DNA from: Terriglobia bacterium
GTDB taxonomy: Bacteria > Acidobacteriota > Terriglobia > 20CM-2-55-15
Reading direction: 5' to 3'
Assembly: GCA_963664115.2 (NCBI GenBank)
Contig: CAXWPJ010000009.1
Coordinates: forward strand, 1-64,000
DNA: 64,000 nucleotides
Shown here: positions 1-9,100 of the stretch, piece after piece
Numbering within the stretch: position 1 is the stretch's first letter
Layout of the letters: every line of letters starts with the position of its first letter
Program-made: the position numbers and the translations under genes
Notes under the pieces: generated by a model
What the model saw: the letters and a program-made list of their open reading frames with translations, nothing else
Databases searched by the model: none
What the model was told of the DNA's origin: nothing

Positions 1-377
1 TAGTCCTCGTCTTTGATGCGAAGAGATCGGCGAGCGTCGGGCCGGTTCTGGTGAACGAAACAGAACACGCATTCGTTGTCGCACACCCATGGCTCGATGG
101 GCTCCAGTTCAACCCCAAGACTTTCCCATTCTTCCCGTACGAATTCGTGGGTCTGCCGCTGGGTCCGCAGCGACACAGGCGCATCAAAAACCGCCATCTG
201 GAACTGTAGGTCGATGACATCTTTGGGCGGTGTGCCGTTGACTTCTACGATCTCGTCACCCGCCTGAAGCCCGATTCGCGCGGCCAGCGATTCGGGTTCT
301 ACTCCCAAAATCCGCAAGGGAGCCGAGACGCCTTTATGCGTGGGCGGGGCATGCCGGTATTCATGCTGAGCCGACAT
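1..377 (-). CDS. PDZ/radical-SAM DUF512 family protein, N-terminal part (runs off the window)
   Basis: Manual translation, not in the ORF track: ATG at 377, PDZ-like LRILGVEPESLAARIGLQAGDEIVEVNG, then CDNECVFC (CxxxCxxC) and HQNRPDARRSLRIKDED. Confidence 0.85.
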   Translation of the reverse strand, partial: MSAQHEYRHAPPTHKGVSAPLRILGVEPESLAARIGLQAGDEIVEVNGTPPKDVIDLQFQMAVFDAPVSLRTQRQTHEFVREEWESLGVELEPIEPWVCDNECVFCFVHQNRPDARRSLRIKDED

Positions 378-449
378 TTTACGCGCGAGGTCCTGATCGT
401 TGGCTTTACGGACGTAGGCGCTTGAAGAAAACTGCTTTTTCGCAGCCAT

Positions 450-1043
450 TCAATGCTCGAGAAGCCTGCGGCCAACGGCGAGGTACTGGAAACCCGAGAC
501 AACGGTGAGCAGACCGGTCAGGATGAACAAAAAATATATCCCACTCTCCTCGACGCCGATCCAATTGTAGAGGAGCACGGCAAACACAGTCAGGAATTGA
601 AACACTGTGTTGGCTTTCCCGACAAGCGTGGGTGGAAAAACGCGAAAGCCGTAAGTAATGATGAACGCCAATCCACCAAGCAGTATGAACACATCGCGAA
701 AAATCACCAGTAGAAGAAGCCAGATCGGAATAGGGTTCGCAAACCCCATCTGGGGTAGTGACAGCACAACGATGGAGCTACTCATGAGCAACTTGTCAGC
801 GATCGGATCCAGGATCGCGCCCAGGGATGTTTTCTGCCGAAAGTGACGTGCAATAAGCCCGTCCATCCCATCGGTCACCGCGGCCACGCAGAAGGTGATC
901 AGCGCCCAGCCCAGCCGGTTATAAGCGAGGAGAATAATGAACACCGGGATAAAGACGATCCTCAAGAGCGTCAACTGGTTGGCTATCGTTAGAATGTTCG
1001 GCCGGTACTTCTCAACGGTACGGTCGGAGAGTCTGGTGGACAC
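450..1043 (-). CDS. CDP-alcohol phosphatidyltransferase (PgsA-like)
   Basis: NQLTLLR and DGMDGLIAR..G..LDPIADK motif; multi-TM. Confidence 0.9.
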   Translation of the reverse strand: MSTRLSDRTVEKYRPNILTIANQLTLLRIVFIPVFIILLAYNRLGWALITFCVAAVTDGMDGLIARHFRQKTSLGAILDPIADKLLMSSSIVVLSLPQMGFANPIPIWLLLLVIFRDVFILLGGLAFIITYGFRVFPPTLVGKANTVFQFLTVFAVLLYNWIGVEESGIYFLFILTGLLTVVSGFQYLAVGRRLLEH

Positions 1044-1122
1044 GCTTTTTATCCTAAAATGAGGAAAGGACGCAATGACCTCGTCACTGCGTCCTTCAAT
1101 TTTCGGCCGCTTACCGTGGAGC

Positions 1123-1551
1123 TTACTCCGCCGTCACGGGAACAACAACGTCCACGATCTGGCGCGAGCAAAAACCGTCGGATTTGGAACAAAAGAAGTA
1201 AACGAGTTCGCCTGGAATCTCATACTCACCCGCCACGGCCGCTTCCACGGCAACATTAAAAGCGGGCACGTCCACGTAATAATCGTCAGTCGATTTCGGA
1301 TCTTCTGGAGGCGACTCCAGCTTGGCCGCATCGTGCGTCAACCCTTCAACAGGCTGCAGCTTCAACTGGATCGCCGGCACGCGGTTGATCACGTATCCGT
1401 CCAGGACGTCGAACGAGACGACAACCTCGCCGCCGGCGCCGGCTTCGATGGCATCGTCAGAATAGTTCGCTTCCATAACCTGCGGCAGTCCCCCTCCCAA
1501 AGTCAGGAGCTGGGAAAGAAGAAGGATGATTCCGAATCCAAAATTCACCAT
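1123..1551 (-). CDS. Exported protein, DsbD N-terminal-like domain
   Basis: Signal-like N-terminus; C-terminal YFFCSKSDGFC Cys pair. Confidence 0.5.
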   Translation of the reverse strand: MVNFGFGIILLLSQLLTLGGGLPQVMEANYSDDAIEAGAGGEVVVSFDVLDGYVINRVPAIQLKLQPVEGLTHDAAKLESPPEDPKSTDDYYVDVPAFNVAVEAAVAGEYEIPGELVYFFCSKSDGFCSRQIVDVVVPVTAE

Positions 1552-1628
1552 AATAGTCTCCTGCGATTGCCCGTACGGATGTATTCCTCACGACATCGAA
1601 TGCGCTGGAAATCGTTCAGAATTATAAC

Positions 1629-2720
1629 ATGAGAATCATTTCCGTCGCGGGCGCCCGGCCCAACTTCATGAAGATCGCGCCCCTGGTCGCCGAGTGCAGC
1701 AGGGTCTCTGGAATCAACCACTTGCTGGTCCATACCGGGCAACACTACGACACACAGATGTCAGACGTATTCTTTCGGGATTTGTCCATTTCCTCACCCG
1801 ATATCGATCTCGGTGTCGGATCGGCGTCCCACGCGGTTCAGACGGCCCGGATCATGATGGAATTCGAAAAGGTCTGTACGCGGGAGCTCCCGGACCTCGT
1901 TATCGTCGTCGGTGACGTCAACTCGACGATGGCGGCAACCCTGGTAGCGGCCAAGCTCAACATACCGGTTGCGCACGTCGAAGCGGGCCTGCGCAGTTTC
2001 GATCGCGGGATGCCCGAGGAGATAAATCGCATCGTGACGGACCAGTTGGCGGACTATCTGTTCACGACGAGCCGGGAGGCGGACGAGAACTTGAAGCGGG
2101 AAGGCGTGAACCCTGAGAAGATCCACTTCGTCGGAAACGTCATGATCGACACTCTTCTCAAGCACCGGGGGAAGGCCGATGGTCTCAACGTTGCCTCCGG
2201 GCTGGGAATCGACGGCACAGACTACGCTCTGATGACCCTGCACCGGCCGTCAAACGTAGACAACCCGGCCGTTCTTCAGGGAATTCTTACCGCCGTTCAG
2301 GACATCTCGACATCGCTCCCGGTGATCTTCCCCATTCATCCGCGTACATCGCAACGGATCCGGGAATTCGATCTCGACGCGATGGTCCACGGCAGCGTCC
2401 GTCTGACCGACCCCCTGGGATACCTTGAGTTTCTCAACTTGATGTCGGGAGCCCGCCTGGTCCTGACCGACTCAGGAGGCCTGCAGGAAGAAACGACGAT
2501 TCTGGGCGTCCCGTGTCTGACGATCCGGCAAAACACCGAGCGCCCCGTGACAATCTCCGAAGGCACGAACGAACTGGTCGGGACGGATCCGGTCCGTATT
2601 CGGGAAGCTGCAGACAGGATTCTTGCCGGAAATTGGAAAACACCCCGCGTACCCGAATACTGGGACGGCAAAGCGGCTGAACGGATTGTTGCGATACTCA
2701 CCGCGAACGTTTCTGCCTGA
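1629..2720 (+). CDS. wecB: UDP-N-acetylglucosamine 2-epimerase (non-hydrolysing)
   Basis: GARPNFMKIAP, HTGQHY, HVEAGLRS, PEEINR, TDSGGLQEE, TERP motifs. Confidence 0.95.
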   Translation: MRIISVAGARPNFMKIAPLVAECSRVSGINHLLVHTGQHYDTQMSDVFFRDLSISSPDIDLGVGSASHAVQTARIMMEFEKVCTRELPDLVIVVGDVNSTMAATLVAAKLNIPVAHVEAGLRSFDRGMPEEINRIVTDQLADYLFTTSREADENLKREGVNPEKIHFVGNVMIDTLLKHRGKADGLNVASGLGIDGTDYALMTLHRPSNVDNPAVLQGILTAVQDISTSLPVIFPIHPRTSQRIREFDLDAMVHGSVRLTDPLGYLEFLNLMSGARLVLTDSGGLQEETTILGVPCLTIRQNTERPVTISEGTNELVGTDPVRIREAADRILAGNWKTPRVPEYWDGKAAERIVAILTANVSA

Positions 2721-2754
2721 ACTGCACAACTGTCGAAGAGAAGCCGAAGATTTC

Positions 2755-2932
2755 ACCGCAAAGGCGCAAAGACGCAAAGGAAGATGGGATGGTCTGTGTA
2801 GATTTCGTCTGATCGCAACTCTATGGGTTCTCAACGACGTTCTTGCTAACCCGAATAACTCCAGTCGAGCGGGATGAAGGCAGGCTATCCCGTCCTGCTT
2901 TTTCTTCCTTTGCATCTTTGCGCCTTTGCGGT
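2755..2932. repeat. Inverted-repeat element copy 1 (CGCAAAG family)
   Basis: 30-bp arms ACCGCAAAGGCGCAAAGACGCAAAGGAAGA at 2755-2784 and its reverse complement at 2903-2932, one mismatch. Confidence 0.9.
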
Positions 2933-3111
2933 TAATCCCCTCTTAATTCTTCCCTTAAATGTCTCGAAAGCCCGGAAAAAGTGGGTCGTTGACCCGGAGG
3001 TTATGGGTCAGACGCCCATTCAGTTTCAATAGTTTAGTGGAGGACCATGACATGCTCAGTCGTCGATGGGTCGGTGACGATGATTACTCTGTTAACTTCG
3101 AGTGGGATAAA

Positions 3112-3657
3112 ATGGCACATATGGATACCAAGGGGCCGGCGACGATCGACGATCTCTATAACGTTCCCGAAGACGGGCGTAAATACGAGCTGGTCGACGG
3201 AGAGATTCTGGTGAGCCCGGGTGGGTTCCGCCACGGCCAAGTCTCCGTCCAGATCGGCTACCTGATCAAACGATTCCTGGAAGGTTCACCGATCGGCGTT
3301 GTCTGCGGCGCGGACCTCGGCATTATCTTCCCCAACGGCAACTTGAGATCTCCGGACGTAACTTTCGTTCGTAACGAAAAGGTCCCAGCCGGGGAGGCGG
3401 CTGAGCGATTTCTTGAGGCTGTGCCCGACCTCGTGGTCGAAGTACTTTCTCCGGGCGACCACATGCGGCATGTCGCAGACAAGATCGGTGAGTTCCTGGA
3501 ATCCGGTGTGTGTCTGGTCTGGTTGGTCGACCCTCAGCCCGAAACCGTCACGGTGTACCGCTCGTTGACCGATACCCGCCAACTCCGGGGCGACGACCTC
3601 ATCGACGGAAACTCTGTCCTTCCAGGCTTCAAAGCGAAAGTCTCCGACTTCTTTTAG
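3112..3657 (+). CDS. Uma2 family (PD-(D/E)XK-like) endonuclease
   Basis: YELVDGEI, H in GFRHG, RSPDVTFV, PDLVVEVLSP, WLVDP, LPGF motifs; start 3112 or 3121 more likely than 2959. Confidence 0.9.
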   Translation: MAHMDTKGPATIDDLYNVPEDGRKYELVDGEILVSPGGFRHGQVSVQIGYLIKRFLEGSPIGVVCGADLGIIFPNGNLRSPDVTFVRNEKVPAGEAAERFLEAVPDLVVEVLSPGDHMRHVADKIGEFLESGVCLVWLVDPQPETVTVYRSLTDTRQLRGDDLIDGNSVLPGFKAKVSDFF

Positions 3658-3698
3658 CTTCAGCTGAACTGCAGATTACTCAGACCGAAACAAAATCT

Positions 3699-3877
3699 TT
3701 CACCGCAAAGGCGCAAAGGAAGATGGGTTGGTCTGTGTGAATTGCGTCGGACTGAACCTCTATGGGTTCTCAACAGCATTCTTGCTAACCCAGACAGCTC
3801 AAGTCGCGCAGAACGTAGGCAGTCTTTCCGTCTTTCTTTCATTTTCTTCCTTTGCGTCTTTGCGCCTTCGCGGTGAA
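3699..3877. repeat. Inverted-repeat element copy 2 (CGCAAAG family)
   Basis: TTCACCGCAAAGGCGCAAAGGAAGA at 3699 and TCTTCCTTTGCGTCTTTGCGCCTTCGCGGTGAA ending 3877; spacer homologous to copy 1. Confidence 0.9.
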
Positions 3878-4207
3878 TCCCCTCTCAGTTCTTCCTAAAG
3901 AAGTCTCGAAAGCTGCGCCTTTGCGGGTCGCGGTTTTAGCGGTCTTTCACTTCCCCTCTGTTTGATTTCAGTGCGTTAACAACGGACCTCTCCGTGCACT
4001 TCTAGTCAGCGTTCCGGTGGATGGCGGGCTTGGGGGCTCAATTAACCGAAGGGCCGGTGCCTCCGACGTGATTCGCCGGAACTCATTCTCCAAATTCCTC
4101 TCGGCGGTTAGAAGGCGAGGCTGTGTATTTACAAATGGAAAGGGCCGCAGTTTCGCGGGCCGCCGGGAGGAAACACATCCAACCACTATTACCTCAAAGG
4201 AGGTTTC

Positions 4208-4513
4208 ATGTTTCGAAAAGCATTTGCAGCGACGCTCCTCTTCACGTTCCTGTTCGCCATGGCCACGATCGCGCCCCAGAGCAGTGAAGCTCAGTCTGCG
4301 ACCACCATGGTCATCGATATCAATTCGGCTCCCCTGGCTGCGCTCCAAGGCATCGTTCAGGACGAGGGTCTCGCCCAGCGGATCATCGAAAATCGGCCGT
4401 ATGCCAACAAACGGCAGTTGCTTTCACGTCAACTCGTGTCGGCAGAGCAATACGACGAGATCAAGGACAGGATCATTGCTCGACGGATCGAGGATTCGGA
4501 AGACTCCCGGTAG
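4208..4513 (+). CDS. Secreted helix-hairpin-helix (ComEA-like) protein
   Basis: GGAGG RBS, signal peptide, IDINSA..LAQRIIENRPY motif. Confidence 0.75.
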   Translation: MFRKAFAATLLFTFLFAMATIAPQSSEAQSATTMVIDINSAPLAALQGIVQDEGLAQRIIENRPYANKRQLLSRQLVSAEQYDEIKDRIIARRIEDSEDSR

Positions 4514-4520
4514 CGCGGCA

Positions 4521-4808
4521 ATGTACGCGCGCATGGTGATCGGCGAAGCAATCCATGAAGATCAGGTTTCAGAGTTCGTTCGGATCTACGAGTCAGAAGT
4601 GCTTCCCAAGCTCCACGACGAACCGGGGTTCGAATCGGCGAACTTCATGGTCGAAGATGGAGGCCGGATGGCGATTTCGCTCACGCTCTGGCAATCCCAG
4701 CAGGACTGCCTGAAATACCACTCCAGTATGGCTTACCGCCAGTTGGTGGAAAAAACCCAGCATCTGTTGAAAGGCAGTTTCATCGTGCGGTTATTCCGTA
4801 CCGTTTAG
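4521..4808 (+). CDS. Antibiotic biosynthesis monooxygenase (ABM)-like protein
   Basis: MYARMV..EPGFES..SLTLWQS..YHSS..Y pattern; real start is inside ORF 4017-4808. Confidence 0.7.
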   Translation: MYARMVIGEAIHEDQVSEFVRIYESEVLPKLHDEPGFESANFMVEDGGRMAISLTLWQSQQDCLKYHSSMAYRQLVEKTQHLLKGSFIVRLFRTV

Positions 4809-4842
4809 GCCCGAGACAGAAAGCGGGGGAGGCAAGAGACCT

Positions 4843-4946
4843 AACCGCAGAGACGCAAAGGCGCAAAGGAAGAGAGAAGAGTCAGTTTGTCTTTTCTGAA
4901 AATCATTTTTCTTTGTCTTCCTTTGCGCCTTTGCGTCTTTGCGGTT
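4843..4946. repeat. Inverted-repeat element copy 3, between convergent genes
   Basis: 31-bp arms AACCGCAGAGACGCAAAGGCGCAAAGGAAGA at 4843-4873 and reverse complement at 4916-4946, one mismatch. Confidence 0.9.
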
Positions 4947-4982
4947 CAAACTTCTTGCCTCTTCATATCCATGCCTCTGCGT

Positions 4983-5999
4983 TCATTCTTTTTCTTTTCT
5001 GCGGTAGGGCCTGAAATCGACGTTGCATCGGTGGCGCCGCAGGAAGTCCATGAATCGCTTGTAATCGGTGTCGGGCATATTAAAGAGTCGGACGACCTTT
5101 CTGTAGCTACCGTGGGTTTGAACCAGGCCACGCCGGATGACGGCCTCGACCTGTCGCTTGGTGATCAGACGGTCGGTGTAGGGCCGGGCGACCGATTCCC
5201 AGAAATCGTCGACGACGACTGCCTCGACAGGTTCCCGAACCAGGGCATCCGTGGGCAGCGTGATCGCATCCGGCGCAATAATTTCTGTCTCCGACATGTA
5301 GTAGCTGCTTTCAATGACGTTCTGCAGTTCGCGAATGTTTCCCGGGTAATGATAGGCAAGCAACTTTTCCATGGCATTGGGCGACAGAGTTCTCTCTTCT
5401 CCACTGTCGGCATTCAGCGATGCGACGATATGACGCACCAGAAGCGGGATGTCGGACCGGCGCTTTCGAAGCGGGGGAACTTCAATCGCAAATACGTTGA
5501 GACGGTAGAGGAGGTCTTCGCGGAAATCACCCGAACGCGCCATCGACCGAAGGTCACAGTTGGTGGCGGCGATTATGCGGGCGTCGATCGGGCGGTCGAC
5601 AACGTCACCGAGTCGACGCACCTGCTTCTCCTGAAGCACGCGGAGAAACTTCACCTGGAATCGTTTGGAAGTATTCGCAATTTCATCCAGGAAGAGCGTT
5701 CCCTGGTTCGCTTGCTCAAAAAGTCCGGGTTTGTCGCCGATGGCCGTCGTAAAGGCGCCACGCCGGTAGCCGAACAGTTCGCTTTCGACCAGTTCTTCCG
5801 GAAGGGCACCGCAATCAATGGGCACGAACCGGCGCTGGCGGCGGCTGCACTGATCGTGAATAGCACGTGCGACCAATTCCTTTCCGGTACCGGTCTCTCC
5901 CTGGATCAGAACCGAACTCGAAGTTCTGGCAGCGGCTTGAATTTTTGAGTGCAGGAGTTCGACCGCATCACTTTGTCCAATCATTTTTGTTCGCATCAT
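4983..5999 (-). CDS. Sigma54-dependent transcriptional activator (AAA+ and HTH, no sensor domain)
   Basis: GETGTGKE, ESELFG, GAFTTA, LFLDEI, FREDLLYRL, YPGNIRELQN; start MMRTKMIGQS. Confidence 0.9.
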   Translation of the reverse strand: MMRTKMIGQSDAVELLHSKIQAAARTSSSVLIQGETGTGKELVARAIHDQCSRRQRRFVPIDCGALPEELVESELFGYRRGAFTTAIGDKPGLFEQANQGTLFLDEIANTSKRFQVKFLRVLQEKQVRRLGDVVDRPIDARIIAATNCDLRSMARSGDFREDLLYRLNVFAIEVPPLRKRRSDIPLLVRHIVASLNADSGEERTLSPNAMEKLLAYHYPGNIRELQNVIESSYYMSETEIIAPDAITLPTDALVREPVEAVVVDDFWESVARPYTDRLITKRQVEAVIRRGLVQTHGSYRKVVRLFNMPDTDYKRFMDFLRRHRCNVDFRPYRRKEKE

Positions 6000-6020
6000 G
6001 ACACTACAGCCGGAGCAGAC

Positions 6021-6547
6021 ATGGAAAAGGTCACTCAAAAATTGGAGCAAGGCAGCCCGGAGGTTCTCGAAGAGCTCGGTCGCGCAATCCGAAAGATCCA
6101 TGGCACGCGCGATCCGGATCTCGAGCAGGAAGTCTTTCTCAGAACGCTCAAGGCGTTTCGGAAGGAAAGAAGGTCGAGCATCCGCGGGCACTCATATGGA
6201 AGATCGCCAAAGACACGGTCGCTGACCATTGGAGGCTCAGGGCGCGGGACCGTTGGGACCCCCTGGACGAACTCCAGCACCCGGCCGCCCAGGACACGGA
6301 TGCCGAACGCGACCTCGATCGAAAACGTCGTGTCGAACAATTGCGAAACGGGATCCTGCGACTTGGATGCGACATCCGGGGATCGGTCTACCTGTTTTAC
6401 ATGGAAGGCTATTCGGTTTCCTCGATCGCGCGGATTTATGGAAAGACGCCCTCCGCGGTCAAGATGGCCCTCTACCGGGGACGGCGGCAATTGGTGCGAA
6501 TGTTTCGATCGGACGCGACTAACAAGTCGGGCTTCGAGCGACTTTGA
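6021..6547 (+). CDS. ECF sigma factor, apparent frameshift near 6165-6172
   Basis: Region 2 DLEQEVFLR continues in another frame as ALIWKIAKDTVADHWR, then region 4 LFYMEGYSVSSIARIYGKTPSAVKMALYRGRRQL. Confidence 0.8.
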
Positions 6548-6562
6548 GGCCCGCCAGAGCCG

Positions 6563-6636
6563 TAACTCATTGATCTCAAGACGGACTAAGAATGGAACCC
6601 CACGTGAAACAGTCTGAGTCGGGCACACGGTCCGCG
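6563..6636 (+). promoter_or_regulatory. Candidate IHF site plus sigma54 -24/-12 promoter for the peptide genes
   Basis: GATCAATGAGTTA on the minus strand (6563-6575) resembles WATCAAnnnnTTR; GG-CACACGGTCC-GC at 6622-6635. Caveat: predicted +1 near 6647 falls just after the GGAGG. Confidence 0.4.
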
Positions 6637-6657
6637 ATCTGGGAGGATCAACACACA

Positions 6658-6840
6658 ATGAATCGACAAATTGTAACGCTCAGCAGCACAGAGCTCATGG
6701 GAACAGTCGGCGGTGACTGGAATTGGCACGATTTCTTTGCGGGGGCCACCTGGGGTTTAGGCGCAGGCTGCGGGATCAGCGGTCACCCCGTTCTGTGTAT
6801 GGGCGCCCTGTTTACTGGCGGCATAACGATGTTCTTCTAG
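6658..6840 (+). CDS. Double-glycine leader peptide precursor 1 (bacteriocin-like)
   Basis: GGAGG upstream; leader MNRQIVTLSSTELMGTVGG matches LSxxELxxxxGG; Gly-rich hydrophobic 41-aa core; C39 exporter downstream. Confidence 0.85.
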   Translation: MNRQIVTLSSTELMGTVGGDWNWHDFFAGATWGLGAGCGISGHPVLCMGALFTGGITMFF

Positions 6841-6852
6841 GAGGAATGAACA

Positions 6853-7038
6853 ATGACATCACACGTCCAAGACATTTCCGCATTGGAACTCCAGCAAATT
6901 GGTGGAGGTGACTGGTTTGAAACCACCTGGGGAATCCTGCTCGGCACGGGATTCGCTGCCGGCTTCCTCGGTTCGGGTGGACTGCTGACGATTGCAGGAA
7001 TCGCCGGATTTGGCCTGATCTTCGGTCCCCCGTTCTAA
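6853..7038 (+). CDS. Double-glycine leader peptide precursor 2 (bacteriocin-like)
   Basis: AGGAGG RBS; leader MTSHVQDISALELQQIGG(G); core with several GxxxG motifs. Confidence 0.85.
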   Translation: MTSHVQDISALELQQIGGGDWFETTWGILLGTGFAAGFLGSGGLLTIAGIAGFGLIFGPPF

Positions 7039-7131
7039 GCATTCAACCTCTTCAACCCTTAGGTGCGCTCGAATGGGCGCACCTCGCATTCCACCTGGAC
7101 CTGCGTGCCATGCGCGCACAAAACTAAATCA

Positions 7132-7872
7132 ATGGACGTCTTTCAACTCGAACAAGCCGTCAAAAAGCGCAGCGACGATTTTGTCCTGGGACCGCTCGAC
7201 CTTCATCTCTCAGCGGGGGAAATCCTCGGTGTCATGGGCCCTAACGGTGCGGGCAAAACCACCCTCCTGCGATTGTTGTGGGGCTTTCTGCGTCCGGACG
7301 CCGGGCGCGTGTCTGTGTTCGGCAGAACACCCCATCTGGAACAGGTCTGGATTCGTCTACGGGCGGGCTACCTTCCCGAGTCGTTGAAGTTCTATGACTG
7401 GATGACGGTGGATCGATTCCTTGCGTTCATGGCCGGTTTCTATCCGTCCTGGGACTGGGGCCATGCCCTTGAACTCCTGGAGCAGTTCGGAATAACTCCC
7501 GCCCGGACTATCGGGACCTTATCCAAAGGAAATCGGGTGAAGCTGGGCCTTCTGGCAGCGGTGGCCCATCGGCCAAAGCTACTGATCCTGGACGAACCGA
7601 CCTCGGGTCTGGACCCCTTGATACGAATCGACATCCTCCATTTCCTCCGATGCTCCGCACAAGAAGACGGCACGGGAATCGTCCTGTCCTCTCATGTGTC
7701 CGACGATCTGGACCGGATTGCCGATTCCGTTCTGATGCTGAACGACGGCAAGGTATTGGAGTATGCGCCGACTAAGGTTCTGCTCGACAAAACCAACGAA
7801 ACTCAACTGGAGGCTGTGTTTTTGAATGCGGTCGGTAGGATTCCCACATCTCGCGTTCCACATCGCGCGTAA
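7132..7872 (+). CDS. ABC transporter ATP-binding protein (ABC-2 type, possible self-immunity)
   Basis: GPNGAGKTT, LSKG, LDEPTSGLDP, SSH. Confidence 0.9.
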   Translation: MDVFQLEQAVKKRSDDFVLGPLDLHLSAGEILGVMGPNGAGKTTLLRLLWGFLRPDAGRVSVFGRTPHLEQVWIRLRAGYLPESLKFYDWMTVDRFLAFMAGFYPSWDWGHALELLEQFGITPARTIGTLSKGNRVKLGLLAAVAHRPKLLILDEPTSGLDPLIRIDILHFLRCSAQEDGTGIVLSSHVSDDLDRIADSVLMLNDGKVLEYAPTKVLLDKTNETQLEAVFLNAVGRIPTSRVPHRA

Positions 7873-8461
7873 AGACTGGGCCGAAGCGCGTCATGTCGTG
7901 ATCGCGCTGACCCTGGGTCTTATGGTTCCCGCCCTGCGCGTCCGCTTCGCTCCGGGCCGTTCGGACGACTTCGCAAAAGGTCTGCTGGCCGGCTTGCTCG
8001 CAGGTGCCGGTTTCGGCTACGCCCAGTTCTGTTTCCTGAACGAACGCCAGCGAGGCACACTGGAGTTTCTGCTCAGCCTTCCCATTGAGCCCCGACAGCT
8101 TGTCCTCGCCAAATTCGTCTCCCTGTACTCAATGGTCCTTTTCACCGTAAATGTCCCTGGCCTGCTCGTCCCAGACCTTCGGCTCGTCTACATCACCAAC
8201 GCCGCAGCCCTTTCACTAGCAACCGTCTTCATGGCCACAACGGTCATCTCAGACAAGCCCTGGGCCTCGCAAATACCCGTCTGGTTCCTTCTCGTCTTCA
8301 TCCTCCCCATCCAACGCCTCCTCGAACGCTACTACCCCAACGGACTGCAGCTCTTCGAAACCCTCACCGCCAACCCCATTCTGTTAGCGACATTCGCCTT
8401 GCTCGTCAGCCCGCTCGTTGTCGCTGTATCCGTTTCGATTTTTCACCGCAAAGGCGCAAAG
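7826..8461 (+). CDS. ABC-2 permease; no stop codon, reads through into the GxxExxY domain (ORF ends 8839)
   Basis: Multi-TM; ERQRGTLEFLLSLPI..LVLAKF motif. Confidence 0.8.
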
Positions 8462-8950
8462 GTGAATGAGAACCCTTTGTCACGGAAGGTCATTGGGGCC
8501 GTAATTGAAGTGCACCGCATCTTAGGCCCGGGCCTACTAGAGTCGATTTATCAAGACTGCCTCGACATTGAGTTCCGGCTTCGAAGAATCAGGTTCGAAA
8601 GGGAAAAGAGAATCCCTCTCATCTACAAAGACCAAGATCTGAGAGAGCGCCTTCGTATCGACTTTCTCGTCGCAGATGAAGTCGTAATCGAAACCAAATC
8701 CGTTCACTCGTTACTGCCCGTACATGACGCGCAAGTGCTCACGTACCTAAAGTTGACCGGCTGCAAATTAGGTCTGCTGATCAACTTCAACGTCCCAGTA
8801 GCAAGAGACGGAATCAAACGCATCGTAAACCGCCTCTAGCCCCCCCCCCTTTTTCGTTTGCATCGACGCCCCCTTTGTTTCCCATTCGGATTCCCCCTCC
8901 CCCATATAGAATCGTCTTTCTTCTTTGCGTCTTCGCGCCTTTGCGGTGAA
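8442..8950. mobile_element. GxxExxY cassette bounded by CGCAAAG-family inverted repeats (copy 4)
   Basis: TTCACCGCAAAGGCGCAAAG at 8442-8461 and CTTTGCGTCTTCGCGCCTTTGCGGTGAA at 8923-8950 enclose the nuclease ORF; mobility is inferred. Confidence 0.6.
8462..8839 (+). CDS. GxxExxY protein (PD-(D/E)XK-like nuclease fold)
   Basis: VHRILGPGLLESIY, RIDFLV..VVIETK, HDAQVLTYLK, GLLINFN. Confidence 0.92.
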   Translation: MNENPLSRKVIGAVIEVHRILGPGLLESIYQDCLDIEFRLRRIRFEREKRIPLIYKDQDLRERLRIDFLVADEVVIETKSVHSLLPVHDAQVLTYLKLTGCKLGLLINFNVPVARDGIKRIVNRL

Positions 8951-9100
8951 CCTCTTCATGTCTTCGCCTTGAAGCTCTAAATTCCCCGCTTTATCTCCCC
9001 GTACCCACACAAACAAATCGCCGATCAAGCGTCTTTCCCATTCTTGGTCCTATGGTGTGAGCCGTTTAGCTATGGCCCCCCAACTGCCCTTTCTCCCACT

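Noticed and set aside
6658-7038. Lanthipeptide or other modified RiPP precursors
   Set aside because: No LanM/LanBC, YcaO or radical SAM maturase in the cluster; trans-acting enzymes cannot be excluded.
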